Shown piece by piece: positions 32,729 to 41,920 of a stretch of 57,878 nt of DNA. Under the pieces are notes generated by a model. It was not told where the DNA came from and made no database searches. It worked only from the letters and a program-made list of their open reading frames with translations. The first letter of the stretch is position 1. Each line of letters opens with the position of its first letter. The stretch is from the IMG/VR virus record IMGVR_UViG_3300022752_000079, positions 1 through 57,878 of that record; one strand, given 5' to 3'. Source of the DNA: a virus. Its lineage: Duplodnaviria > Caudoviricetes. The translations under genes were made by a program, and so were the position numbers.

Positions 32729-33002
32729 TTAATTCATTAACAATTTCCACCAATTGTTTAAAGGCGGTACCAACCTCATCATCAGCCTCGAATAAACCTT
32801 TTGAATCGATTGTACGCATTGTATTTAAAGTTTCAGCAACTTTCGATTTTAGCCGGCTCAATTCCTCGTCTACAAATTCATATGCAGTATTAATTTCACC
32901 CACATATTCTTCTAAATTTTCAAATTTTTTGAGAAGATTCGCATTAACAAATAATGATATTAATAATGCGATCGTTACACTCGCTGCGTAAATGTAAATC
33001 AT
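32706..33002 (-). CDS. Membrane-anchored coiled-coil protein
   Basis: N-terminal hydrophobic helix. Confidence 0.55.
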   Translation of the reverse strand: MIYIYAASVTIALLISLFVNANLLKKFENLEEYVGEINTAYEFVDEELSRLKSKVAETLNTMRTIDSKGLFEADDEVGTAFKQLVEIVNELNVTNNAE

Positions 33003-33003
33003 G

Positions 33004-33630
33004 TTATAGTATTTTATCGATTAAACCGTGACGTAATGCTGATTCTGAATTCATATAATAATCTTTTCTAGCTAATTTTTGCCAATACTCAGAATCCAAA
33101 TCTCGTTTTGTATACTTATTTAATAAAGTAAATAGAACAGTATCCAATTGTTCAATATGAGCACTAGTAGAGACTAGATCAGTCGCTTTACCGTAATTAC
33201 CTGTAGAAAGTTCATGTACCATTATAATTGCATTCTTCGAAGCTACTCGAGTACCGGTACCTGCTGCCAATATAATTGCAGCCATACTACATGCTCTACC
33301 AATTACACTAGTATTTACTGGACATGGTAACGTATCGATAAAATCAATAATACCTAAACCTTCGTATACGTCACCGCCATCAGAATTGATAATTAAATTG
33401 ATCGGTGTAGTAATTGGTTGATTTCTATGTTCTAAAATCATTCCTACTTTAATCATGAAATCGAATAAACTACCCATCTCAATATCTCCTTCCAAATAAA
33501 TGTTAGAAAGTTTAATATCAAATCGATAATCTAAAGGTTTGTATATAGATCGATCTTCATCTATTAAAACATTCTGTTTATTTTGTACGAATTTACCTCT
33601 ACTAGGGTCTGAATAATCTAATTTAGACAT
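33004..33630 (-). CDS. clpP: ClpP-like protease subunit
   Basis: INSDGGDV, ACSMAA (catalytic Ser), IMVHE, DYYMNSESALRHGLID. Confidence 0.85.
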   Translation of the reverse strand: MSKLDYSDPSRGKFVQNKQNVLIDEDRSIYKPLDYRFDIKLSNIYLEGDIEMGSLFDFMIKVGMILEHRNQPITTPINLIINSDGGDVYEGLGIIDFIDTLPCPVNTSVIGRACSMAAIILAAGTGTRVASKNAIIMVHELSTGNYGKATDLVSTSAHIEQLDTVLFTLLNKYTKRDLDSEYWQKLARKDYYMNSESALRHGLIDKIL

Positions 33631-33747
33631 ACTGTATAATTTTAATGAATTTCATTATTAGAAAGCGATTTACGTGTAATCAAATAACCTGAATATCAGT
33701 AATTAACTTCAATTAAAAAGCACTTAAATGCACTCTAATAATGTCGT

Positions 33748-33927
33748 TTAATCTTGACTTTCTAACGACAATCGTTCAATCAGAAATTCCATGTTTCTAT
33801 TGATTGTATCAATTAAACGAAGTGCATCATTTTTATTGATTGTACCTGATTCAATTGATTTACTCAATGTGTTTAATAAATTAGAACTCGCTTCTAATTT
33901 ATTAATTGTTAATTCTTTAAATCTCAT
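33748..33927 (-). CDS. 59-aa hypothetical protein not in the ORF track
   Basis: MRFKELTINKLEASSN...ERLSLESQD*, translated by hand. Confidence 0.6.
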   Translation of the reverse strand: MRFKELTINKLEASSNLLNTLSKSIESGTINKNDALRLIDTINRNMEFLIERLSLESQD

Positions 33928-34028
33928 ATTTATTTATTTTAGTTATTAATAATTATTTATATTTATATATTAATTATTTATTTAATATTTAATTAATAAA
34001 ATTAAAATATATATAAATCAATTCACTT

Positions 34029-34946
34029 TTATAAGGATTCATTCAACTTTTTTCTAAATTTCAATAATGCTAAATCTTTTTGTTTAGTTTCGAGCATTAC
34101 ATCCAATCGCAATCCGTAAGAATTGATAGGACCATTAATGAAATCAGAGTGAGCTTGAGCTCTAACTTTCATATCATTTTCATGTAATCGTTTTGATTCT
34201 GAGTAATGTACAGTCGGTACTATTCCCTCAGGCCATGTTGATACTGCCAATTTCAAAGCTTCTTCCTCAGATAAACCTCCGGTTTGAAATTGATGATGGT
34301 GATAGTCAAAAACAATTGGTATTCCTACTTCAGTATGAATCATTTCATGTAAATCTACTACCGAAAACATACTAGCTTTATCATCATTTTCGATAGTAAG
34401 TCTCGATCGTACACCTTCTGAAAGTCGCTTGAAGTTAGTTACCCAAGTTTTTGCGGCTGATATCTTGTCACCGTAAGAAGCACCTACATGTATGTTGATT
34501 TTATTGTATGGAGTTCGAGATAAATTCATCAAATCGAATATCTCAGAATGCATTTCTAAATCAGCTATTGTATTTCGAATCACGTCCTCTTTCGGCGAAG
34601 CCAATAAATTGAAAGGACCTGGATGCGTTGTAATTCGTTGATTGGATTCTTTAATTAGCTTACCGCATAACTCGAACCAATAAATGATGTCAGAAGCTTG
34701 TGGCAAATGTCTGAATCCTAGTTTATTGCCCCAAGGTATAATATCAGAACTCAATCGAAACAATGTGATTCCATTGTCTCTATTCCATTCCAATATTTTG
34801 TACAAATCCATTACATTACATAATGCAATTTGGCCGATTGCTTCTTCACCGTGTTTCTTAACACCGGCCAATCGAATAGTACGATTCGTTGAAATTCCTT
34901 TCGATTTCAACGATAAATTGATACAAGGATATCCTAGATTTATCAT
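34029..34946 (-). CDS. uvsE: UV-damage endonuclease (UvsE/UVDE)
   Basis: LGYPCIN, FRLSS, HPGPF, NIHVG, IENDD, FDYHH, HYSE, AHSD, MLETK. Confidence 0.92.
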   Translation of the reverse strand: MINLGYPCINLSLKSKGISTNRTIRLAGVKKHGEEAIGQIALCNVMDLYKILEWNRDNGITLFRLSSDIIPWGNKLGFRHLPQASDIIYWFELCGKLIKESNQRITTHPGPFNLLASPKEDVIRNTIADLEMHSEIFDLMNLSRTPYNKINIHVGASYGDKISAAKTWVTNFKRLSEGVRSRLTIENDDKASMFSVVDLHEMIHTEVGIPIVFDYHHHQFQTGGLSEEEALKLAVSTWPEGIVPTVHYSESKRLHENDMKVRAQAHSDFINGPINSYGLRLDVMLETKQKDLALLKFRKKLNESL

Positions 34947-34974
34947 ATCTAGAATATAGTAAAATCAAATGAAA

Positions 34975-35352
34975 CTATGAATAGTGAATTGGAATACTTT
35001 GTCCAACTATCGAATAAACTCTACAATATTTCAATCGTTTGAATCGCTTCAATTCTTTTGCACTGAGTTTCAGTCTGGTAACTATACAACCCGTTTCATG
35101 TAAATATTTTGATACTAATCTTACGTCCTTTAAAGACGGTGAGTTGATAACTGCCATATCAACCATCATTAATAAATTCGGGGCGTCATTGTATACAATA
35201 GACTTGTCTACAATTTCTTCTATACTTAAATTGTCTACATTGAAATCTTCAGGCAATGCAACCGGAAATACAGTATCAAATAAAAACAGTATTTTATCGG
35301 TGTCATCCAATTTCCTAAACAATTTGATATCCTCAGCTGTTACCTTTAACAT
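34975..35352 (-). CDS. Hypothetical protein
   Basis: ORF in operon. Confidence 0.55.
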   Translation of the reverse strand: MLKVTAEDIKLFRKLDDTDKILFLFDTVFPVALPEDFNVDNLSIEEIVDKSIVYNDAPNLLMMVDMAVINSPSLKDVRLVSKYLHETGCIVTRLKLSAKELKRFKRLKYCRVYSIVGQSIPIHYS

Positions 35353-35911
35353 AATTATGTATTGAATTTAGGATGTTAATAGAATGTTCGTTCAATGAAA
35401 AGTCTTCGTGAATAATTCTTAATTTAATATCTTCAACTAAAACTTTCAACTTTAATTTGATAGCCGTTTCAATTTTAGACTCCTTGATCAGTTCAATCAA
35501 TTGATCCAATCTGCTAATAACGCCTTCTAACTGATTGTTATCTATATACGGCCATGGATACAATATAGAATCAATGGACCTATCCAGTTCCTCACTTACT
35601 TGAATTACCGTATTTAATTTATATTCATGGATTATAGTTAACAGTGAGTTACATTTTTCATATTCCTCTAAAGACTCGTAAAATTTCAATGCATGAGTCA
35701 AGAAGAAATGTAAGTTATTCATATCGATAGTATATACAGTGCCATCGAGCTTATGTTTAATTACCGGAATATGTCTCTTATTTTTTTCAGACTGAAGTTG
35801 TCTGATGATGATGTCAAAAATCACATCGTAAGCATCTCGACCCTGGTCAGTATATAACCATGCTATGAAATCATCATATGATTTAAATGAGTCGAGATTA
35901 ACGCTGACCAT
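35333..35911 (-). CDS. Hypothetical protein with UVR-like E.YEKC motif
   Basis: FYESLEEYEKC. Confidence 0.55.
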   Translation of the reverse strand: MVSVNLDSFKSYDDFIAWLYTDQGRDAYDVIFDIIIRQLQSEKNKRHIPVIKHKLDGTVYTIDMNNLHFFLTHALKFYESLEEYEKCNSLLTIIHEYKLNTVIQVSEELDRSIDSILYPWPYIDNNQLEGVISRLDQLIELIKESKIETAIKLKLKVLVEDIKLRIIHEDFSLNEHSINILNSIHNYVKGNS

Positions 35912-35924
35912 TTTATCATAAATA

Positions 35925-36227
35925 TCAAACTAGATTTCTTTTACGATTAATTCTATAAGATTTTTCGGTAGAATCTTCCAAAGAAAGTCTATCCGGGTGA
36001 GTTCTATCAAACAGTTGAGTCGTTCGTGCAGCCAATTCACCTAACTTGTAGGTTTGCAGTAAATTGTCAGTCTTCGGTAAAAAATATAAATCTAAAATAT
36101 CAGTACCTTCCGAGTCTACAATTGTATACACGTCATTGATAACTGTTACTTTTGCACCTGGTATAAGTCGATGCAATTTCTTTTTGGCTTTTTCAATTAG
36201 TTTCTTGTCGCACATTGTCTTCATCAT
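35925..36227 (-). CDS. Hypothetical protein
   Basis: ORF in operon. Confidence 0.55.
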   Translation of the reverse strand: MMKTMCDKKLIEKAKKKLHRLIPGAKVTVINDVYTIVDSEGTDILDLYFLPKTDNLLQTYKLGELAARTTQLFDRTHPDRLSLEDSTEKSYRINRKRNLV

Positions 36228-36402
36228 TAATATTAGTCCAGCGTTCGGAATTGTTGATACCTACTTTAGGATAAATTCTGCCGGTAGTTAGTTCCTTTAC
36301 CCAAAATGTGTTTTCACCGTAAATACCTGTAATAATTCCAGTTTTCAACAAATCTAGAAAGCGAAATGAAACAGTATCATTTACATTATAATTCAAATTC
36401 AT
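36193..36402 (-). CDS. Hypothetical SH3-like small protein
   Basis: ORF in operon. Confidence 0.5.
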   Translation of the reverse strand: MNLNYNVNDTVSFRFLDLLKTGIITGIYGENTFWVKELTTGRIYPKVGINNSERWTNINDEDNVRQETN

Positions 36403-36787
36403 TGGTAAATTTAGGTGTTATGTTTCTAGTTAAAAATAATTCGGTGACAACTTTTTCAAATTTACTGTCTAAACCTTGAATAATCACCGTACAAGGAACT
36501 TCGAGACTCGAGTTCAATCGCTGTAACACGAAGATCAAGTCTCGAAGTATGTCGTACAGTGAAGTGCTTGAACAGCAATACACAACTTTACTAAAGCGTC
36601 TATCCAACCAAGCATTCAATATGAATGAGGAATCCAAATAATAAAATTTTATTTTGTAATTCAGTTCATTCAGCAAGTCAAATTTAATTCGATCGGTCAA
36701 GAAAAATATAGCTCGATCATTACATTTATCATTGCAATGCTTGATAATCTCCAAATTTGGAGCTCCGCTAACTAGTACATTGTTCAT
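36386..36787 (-). CDS. Hypothetical protein
   Basis: ORF in operon. Confidence 0.5.
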   Translation of the reverse strand: MNNVLVSGAPNLEIIKHCNDKCNDRAIFFLTDRIKFDLLNELNYKIKFYYLDSSFILNAWLDRRFSKVVYCCSSTSLYDILRDLIFVLQRLNSSLEVPCTVIIQGLDSKFEKVVTELFLTRNITPKFTNEFEL

Positions 36788-37143
36788 TCAGTGTCCTGTT
36801 TGGTATAAGGCGCTTCAATATAAGGATCCTCAGGTAGATACGGTAAAATATCTGACTCCGGTGCAATATACTGCTTCTGTAACTGTTCAATCTCAGTATC
36901 AGTGGCAATCGTATTGATATTTTTAGCTTCGCAGAAAATTTTAGTCAATCTACTGTCAATTCGATAACTACCCAATTTCTGATTAGGTATTTTGTCATAC
37001 AATTTTCCGTCTTCTCCTAGCACATCATACAATATGCCTTTCGAAGTGGTATTCCTGGAATTGATTACCTTACCAACTCTATGCGACGAACCGGTGAAAA
37101 TGACTACAGTTTGTCCGTTCTGAAACTTCTTCGATGAAATCAT
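36784..37143 (-). CDS. Hypothetical protein
   Basis: ORF with ATGA coupling. Confidence 0.55.
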   Translation of the reverse strand: MISSKKFQNGQTVVIFTGSSHRVGKVINSRNTTSKGILYDVLGEDGKLYDKIPNQKLGSYRIDSRLTKIFCEAKNINTIATDTEIEQLQKQYIAPESDILPYLPEDPYIEAPYTKQDTE

Positions 37144-37346
37144 TTTGAATCAGAAATTACTTTCACAATCTTTGACTCAGAAGCTGAGATCACATCAAAA
37201 TCATTTGTACCGCCTTCGCTTAGTACTTTAACAACCGTAGCTTCGGCGTCTGAAATTGAAACTGCTTTTACTAGATACTGTTCATTTTTTTTCATTAGTT
37301 TTTTACCGGTATCTACGGTAAATTGAACTTTTACATTGTAAAACAT
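37140..37346 (-). CDS. DUF4494-like protein (Bacteroidota-associated family)
   Basis: EQYLVKAVSISDAEATV...ISASESKI. Confidence 0.65.
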   Translation of the reverse strand: MFYNVKVQFTVDTGKKLMKKNEQYLVKAVSISDAEATVVKVLSEGGTNDFDVISASESKIVKVISDSK

Positions 37347-37380
37347 AACCTTTATTTTTAGTTAATTAAAGATAGTAAAA

Positions 37381-38103
37381 TCAATTGAACTTATCTAGTA
37401 TTTTGTAACTATTTATGTTCAAGCACGCGTGCATACATTCGTTGATATAACTTTCTGCATTCATATGAAAGTGTCCGTAAAAATGCATTTTCAACTTGAA
37501 TTTCGAATGAATTGCATCAAATGCTTCTGTTATTTTTCTGCGTTCCGTAATCAGCTCTTCCAATAAATTGCTATCATTCGCTGCGAATGAATATACTAAA
37601 TAATTGAAACCGGTCGGATCACAGAAACTAGGAGCAGTATGAGTAACTAAAATGTCAATTGAATCGTATGAGTCAATAACGTTCTTCAGTTTGATATCAT
37701 CAAGTACAAACAATTCATTTTTCCAATACGATACATTTTCCTTTCGATGCAATCTGTCAATTGAAATTGCACCTCCTATTAGAAGGATGTTTTGCCCGGA
37801 TAAGTTCAATACAGTGTAATCTGGTACTAACTGGAAACTTTCAGAAATTTGATTGATAGGATGATTCAAATCGAAAAATGCAGGATTATCATGATTGCCT
37901 CTACAAGCAAACATTCTACAATCATTTTTATGTAAAATGGCTATACATTTTCGAATTCTAGTCATGTCCCTAGAATCGAACCCAATACCGAAATCACCAA
38001 CCTGTATGATGTCAGATCCTGGATACTTGTCGGCTAACGCTTCAATAACACTGAACGCTCCGTGAATGTCACCTAAAAATATAAGAGGTCTCATTATTTG
38101 CAA
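37381..38103 (-). CDS. Calcineurin-like metallophosphoesterase
   Basis: GDIHG, VGDFG, RGNHD, THTAP, YGHFH. Confidence 0.88.
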   Translation of the reverse strand: MQIMRPLIFLGDIHGAFSVIEALADKYPGSDIIQVGDFGIGFDSRDMTRIRKCIAILHKNDCRMFACRGNHDNPAFFDLNHPINQISESFQLVPDYTVLNLSGQNILLIGGAISIDRLHRKENVSYWKNELFVLDDIKLKNVIDSYDSIDILVTHTAPSFCDPTGFNYLVYSFAANDSNLLEELITERRKITEAFDAIHSKFKLKMHFYGHFHMNAESYINECMHACLNINSYKILDKFN

Positions 38104-38549
38104 ATTTTATCTGCTACGTATGAAGCCGATACTGCATCGGGCTTGCATCTAGGAGTAAATCCCATTGCTTCTATGTAACCCATAGCTGATCTTAATACTG
38201 TATTAGAACCCCATCTAGGATCTGGATTAAGATCCACGTCCACGAATTTAATAGGTATTGAAGATGCACTTAAATGAGCTGCTAGGTTAATTGAGTGTTC
38301 TACTTCAGTCCATAATCTAATAAACTTATCGCGAATTCGCTCAACTCTACTAGTGGCATATAGAACGTGACCACCAGCTTTATTTTTATGGAGTACAATT
38401 ACCATACCGAAGTCGGTCCATCGACCATGGACCTGCGAATCGCAACCTACATATACCTCTGTTTCCGGATTCTGTTTCAAATACTCAGAAACGTATGATA
38501 TCAAATCTACTTTACGATTATCAGATAATCGTTTGAATTGAAGTTCCAT
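38094..38549 (-). CDS. RNase H-like YkuK-family protein
   Basis: VYVGCDSQ, LWTEVEHS, VDVDLN, KPDA..ASYVAD. Confidence 0.75.
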   Translation of the reverse strand: MELQFKRLSDNRKVDLISYVSEYLKQNPETEVYVGCDSQVHGRWTDFGMVIVLHKNKAGGHVLYATSRVERIRDKFIRLWTEVEHSINLAAHLSASSIPIKFVDVDLNPDPRWGSNTVLRSAMGYIEAMGFTPRCKPDAVSASYVADKICK

Positions 38550-38563
38550 AACAAACTTTTTAG

Positions 38564-38635
38564 AGGTCGAGACAGGATTCGAACCTGTGTACGAGCTTTT
38601 GCAGAACTCTACCTAAGCCACTCAGACACTCGACC
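38564..38635 (-). tRNA. tRNA-Cys(GCA)
   Basis: Cloverleaf; anticodon loop CTGCAAA. Confidence 0.9.
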
Positions 38636-38650
38636 TTATCAATAAATATG

Positions 38651-38722
38651 TGTCCCCGGAGGGATTCGAACCCCCAACGTATGATCCGAAGTCATGAATT
38701 TTATCCATTAAACTACGGGGAC
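38651..38722 (-). tRNA. tRNA-Arg(UCG)
   Basis: Cloverleaf; loop CTTCGGA. Confidence 0.88.
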
Positions 38723-38731
38723 GATCGTTAA

Positions 38732-38968
38732 TCAATAACAGAACATAGCATAAATCAATCTCAAGACAAGTAAAAGTACACTAATCACTGTATACATACC
38801 ACTCAAATCAGTAACCATCCATGATCGAATAGAAAATGGTTCAATAAAGTGACCCCAGAACTTATCTCTAATATGATATTTTCTTTCCTCAACTCGCAAG
38901 TTGTGGTGTGAAACAACTAAAAATGTAGCACCGCATACGATAGCCAATGTTAATAATGAAGTGATCAT
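38732..38968 (-). CDS. Small membrane protein
   Basis: Two hydrophobic segments. Confidence 0.5.
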   Translation of the reverse strand: MITSLLTLAIVCGATFLVVSHHNLRVEERKYHIRDKFWGHFIEPFSIRSWMVTDLSGMYTVISVLLLVLRLIYAMFCY

Positions 38969-38983
38969 AAAGTTTTATTTAGT

Positions 38984-39565
38984 TTATTTAAATCGTTTCC
39001 AATGTTTAAACGTTTCTGCAATTTCATCTGAAATTACTGATTTCACTGTTTCATTTTTAGGTTTATATGATACGGCTACATCAGTCAATTCAGGTTCCGG
39101 TTGTTTTGACAACGCATTTACTATAGATATGAGTTTGGATCCTTGATATCTGGAAATTAATCGACTGTCAATCGACTCGCGTATCAATTTCATTGCTTTG
39201 TCTTTACCGAACAAATCATACAATTCCATAACTCGAGTACCTAATGCATCGTAAACTTTTTCATCTGCATTTGATTCAATTATTGAAGTGGTGTTGCAAT
39301 TCAATTTATGAGTACTACCTCCGGACTTACCCGGCTTCAAACCTCTAAGTGTACCGAATCCTGTTCTAGATGCAATTTTATGAAATTCAGCTGCAACTTT
39401 TGAATCTGATACAATTTGAATTTCGTTACCCGTTTTGTGATGAATTATCGGTATTGCAGAAACTTTCTCTACATCAGAGCAGTTAACGCAATGCATCGTG
39501 TTAGGAACGATTTTCAATCGATTGATAGGAATCTCAATGTTACAACTTTTGCAGTACCTTATCAT
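38984..39565 (-). CDS. DksA/TraR-type C4 zinc-finger protein
   Basis: CKSCNIEIPINRLKIVPNTMHCVNC. Confidence 0.7.
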   Translation of the reverse strand: MIRYCKSCNIEIPINRLKIVPNTMHCVNCSDVEKVSAIPIIHHKTGNEIQIVSDSKVAAEFHKIASRTGFGTLRGLKPGKSGGSTHKLNCNTTSIIESNADEKVYDALGTRVMELYDLFGKDKAMKLIRESIDSRLISRYQGSKLISIVNALSKQPEPELTDVAVSYKPKNETVKSVISDEIAETFKHWKRFK

Positions 39566-39757
39566 ATCATGAATCTAATATAATCAAATGAATCGTACAA
39601 TAAAGTTATACTAAAATGTGGATATCAATCGATTTACTTGATAATCAATAAGTTATAGAACTTATTAGATACCATCTAAGTGCTTTTTACCGCTTCCATA
39701 TAATCTTTATAAGAATCATGATATTTGAGCTAGTATAAGCACTATAAACTAGATTAG

Positions 39758-39847
39758 AGGAAGATATGGGACTCGAACCCATGAATCAATTTAAATCGAT
39801 CAACTATTTAGCAAACAGTCTCCGGTGCCATCACGGACTTATCTTCC
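39758..39847 (-). tRNA. tRNA-Ser(GCU)
   Basis: Long variable arm; loop TTGCTAA. Confidence 0.85.
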
Positions 39848-39851
39848 AAAT

Positions 39852-39928
39852 TGGTGTGTCTGGCGAGACTCGAACTCGCATTTACGGCTCCACAGACCGT
39901 CACTTTAAACCTTTAAGTTACAGACACC
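39852..39928 (-). tRNA. tRNA-His(GUG)
   Basis: Loop CTGTGGA; G-1 and CCA encoded. Confidence 0.88.
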
Positions 39929-39929
39929 G

Positions 39930-40016
39930 CGGAAGCCAAGAGACTCGAACTCTTACATCGGCTCAGCACCGACCTAGCCGTTTTCAAGACGGTGTACCAC
40001 TCCTTTGGGGACTTCC
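39930..40016 (-). tRNA. tRNA-Ser(UGA)
   Basis: Loop CTTGAAA; long variable arm; weak D-arm. Confidence 0.8.
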
Positions 40017-40021
40017 AATAG

Positions 40022-40092
40022 TTGCCTCGACACGATTCGAACGTATATCAAGGGAGTCAAAGTCCCCTATTCTGCCATTAAACTACGAGGCA
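40022..40092 (-). tRNA. tRNA-Gln(UUG)
   Basis: Loop CTTTGAC. Confidence 0.88.
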
Positions 40093-40102
40093 ATAAATGC
40101 AG

Positions 40103-40178
40103 TACCGTGAGTGAGAATCGAACTCACCACCTCTTGGATATGAATCAAGTGTTCTAAAACCTACTGAACTATCACGGT
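40103..40178 (-). tRNA. tRNA-Met or Ile2 (CAU)
   Basis: Loop TTCATAT. Confidence 0.8.
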
Positions 40179-40183
40179 ATTAG

Positions 40184-40255
40184 AGCTCATACTCAGAATT
40201 GAACTGAGATCGGTTGATTACGAAACAACAATTTTACCGATTAAACTATATGAGC
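40184..40255 (-). tRNA. tRNA-Thr(CGU)
   Basis: Loop TTCGTAA. Confidence 0.85.
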
Positions 40256-40259
40256 ATAG

Positions 40260-40331
40260 AGCAGATAACGGGTCTCGAACCCGTCCCCGAAGTTTGGAAG
40301 ACTCCCGTGCCACCAACAACACCTCATCTGC
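40260..40331 (-). tRNA. tRNA-Gly(UCC)
   Basis: Loop CTTCCAA. Confidence 0.85.
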
Positions 40332-40335
40332 AATG

Positions 40336-40408
40336 TACTCTCGAGCAGATTCGAACTGCTATAAATTCATTAGAAGTGAATTGTCCTGATCCATTGAACG
40401 ACGAGAGC
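40336..40408 (-). tRNA. tRNA-Arg(UCU)
   Basis: Loop CTTCTAA. Confidence 0.9.
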
Positions 40409-40413
40409 AAATG

Positions 40414-40490
40414 TGGAGCTTATGAGCATCGAACTCATCTGATGTCTTCATTGCAAGTGAAGTGACCACAGCCAAGCAGTCCCAAGCCCC
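40414..40490 (-). tRNA. tRNA-Ala(UGC)
   Basis: Loop CTTGCAA; G3:U70 pair. Confidence 0.88.
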
Positions 40491-40501
40491 ATATTAATTA
40501 G

Positions 40502-40580
40502 TCGATGTAATAGGACTCGAACCTATATTTGCATCCAATTACCTTAACTCCTGCATATCAGGCAGGGGGGATATACATCG
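40502..40580 (-). tRNA. Non-canonical tRNA-Ile(GAU) lacking a normally placed D-arm
   Basis: CGATGTA-TATCCCC-CCTGC CTGATAT GCAGG-23 nt-ATAGG TTCGAGT CCTAT-TACATCG. Confidence 0.7.
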
Positions 40581-41321
40581 TTCATTAGTAATTATATCTT
40601 CATAATACCATACATCTAATCTATAACCTAAATTTCTTACGGCATTCCATTTATTTATGTCATTATCATTAGAATATCCCTTTACTTCTAAATAATAGAA
40701 GTCGTCCGAATCTATATATACTTTAAAATCAATTAAATATGTACGCCGTTTATTATTTATATCAACATACGGATATCTATCGTTCGTATATTCCCAATCA
40801 TATATTTTATTCAAGTTTTTCCAATGATCCAATATATTGCATACTCTAACTTCATATGTACCTTGAACTTTAATATATCCTTTACTTGTATTCACCGTAT
40901 ACCATTTCGTAGTACCACCGGATATCTTTTTTTTGCCGGCAACGAATGCACGTTTATGTATTTTAGACCATTCCTCTGAAGTGATACTCAATGCCTTAGA
41001 TTGAAATATTCTCCAATTACTTTTTCTAGCACATGATTTTGAACAAAATATTTGTTTTACTTTTTTTGTATAGAAATCTAATGTACATTCATTACATACT
41101 TTATGTAGTAAAGTTATCGGTTTATGTATATGTTTTTGTTTGAGTGAGTTGCTTATTTTGAGCTTCGTAATATCTGTAAGAATACGTTTCTTATTATTAT
41201 ACGTGGCGCTACAACTTTGTGTACAAAATTTATTATGTCGTTTTTTAAAATCTATAATACTAATACCGCAATTTATACATTTATTCGGTGCTGCACTATA
41301 ATCGATTACCTTTATTGTCAT
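40539..41321 (-). CDS. Putative homing endonuclease inside the tRNA array (start revised to MTIKVID)
   Basis: Repeated FC...C zinc motifs, ITKLKISNSLK, C-terminal YLIDF..YLEVKG; late motif at 41326-41333. Confidence 0.75.
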   Translation of the reverse strand: MTIKVIDYSAAPNKCINCGISIIDFKKRHNKFCTQSCSATYNNKKRILTDITKLKISNSLKQKHIHKPITLLHKVCNECTLDFYTKKVKQIFCSKSCARKSNWRIFQSKALSITSEEWSKIHKRAFVAGKKKISGGTTKWYTVNTSKGYIKVQGTYEVRVCNILDHWKNLNKIYDWEYTNDRYPYVDINNKRRTYLIDFKVYIDSDDFYYLEVKGYSNDNDINKWNAVRNLGYRLDVWYYEDIITNERCISPLPDMQELR

Positions 41322-41361
41322 AAAAATAAATATAGAAAATTTAATTATATTTACATAAAAT

Positions 41362-41400
41362 AGACTACCAGGTGCCTTCAACCAATTTGGCCACGTAAGT
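41362..41400 (-). pseudogene. Truncated tRNA 5' half
   Basis: ACTTACG TG GCC AAATTGGTTGAA GGC A CCTGG, then breaks off; no matching 3' acceptor strand seen. Confidence 0.55.
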
Positions 41401-41405
41401 ATAAG

Positions 41406-41479
41406 AGCTTCTAATCGGACTCGAACCGATATCATTGCGTTACAAATGCAATATTCTAAGCCAATTGAACTATAGAAGC
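41406..41479 (-). tRNA. tRNA-Thr(UGU)
   Basis: Loop TTTGTAA. Confidence 0.88.
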
Positions 41480-41489
41480 AAATGCAGGT

Positions 41490-41590
41490 CACCGCTACCC
41501 TGCTCGGTACCTAAAGTTTCGAATTCTTTAACGTCTTGTTCTGAAAGACATTGTCGCACGCTGGTACTTTCCCTTTAACGCGGAACGGTG
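41490..41590 (-). ncRNA. Unassigned structured RNA
   Basis: Closing stem CACCGTT/AGCGGTG with internal stems. Confidence 0.5.
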
Positions 41591-41664
41591 CACCGGAGGA
41601 GTGACTCGAACACTCACTGAAATCGTTTTGGAGACGATTTGACTAACCAATTGCCGACTCCGGC
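41591..41664 (-). tRNA. tRNA-Trp(CCA)
   Basis: Loop CTCCAAA. Confidence 0.85.
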
Positions 41665-41673
41665 GTATATTAG

Positions 41674-41749
41674 TAGTTCGACCCGGACTCGAACCGGGGT
41701 TCTTCTACTTTGTAAGAGTAGTGCCATAAACCAACTAGGCGATCGAACT
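41674..41749 (-). tRNA. tRNA-Val(UAC)
   Basis: Loop CTTACAA. Confidence 0.88.
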
Positions 41750-41754
41750 GAATG

Positions 41755-41825
41755 AGCCGCGTACCATCTCGAATAGGCGTCTGTTCTATACCACAGAACT
41801 GTTTTTCCTGTTAAACTAACACGGC
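41755..41825 (-). tRNA. tRNA-Thr(GGU), imperfect T-arm
   Basis: Loop GTGGTAT. Confidence 0.72.
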
Positions 41826-41834
41826 ATTCAAAAG

Positions 41835-41918
41835 TACCCCCGGGGAGACTCGAACTCCCACACTCGTTAAAGCATCAGATCCTAAGTCTGATATGTCTAC
41901 CAATTCCAACACAGGGGC
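41835..41918 (-). tRNA. tRNA-Leu(UAG)
   Basis: Loop CTTAGGA; long variable arm. Confidence 0.9.
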
Positions 41919-41920
41919 AA

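Noticed and set aside
41322-41492. N-terminal extension of the endonuclease ORF
   Set aside because: Overlaps tRNA-Thr and the tRNA remnant; the late motif points to the ATG at 41321
41490-41590. RNase P RNA or tmRNA
   Set aside because: GGGAAAGTACC only loosely resembles the RNase P motif; too short, and the other conserved regions are missing
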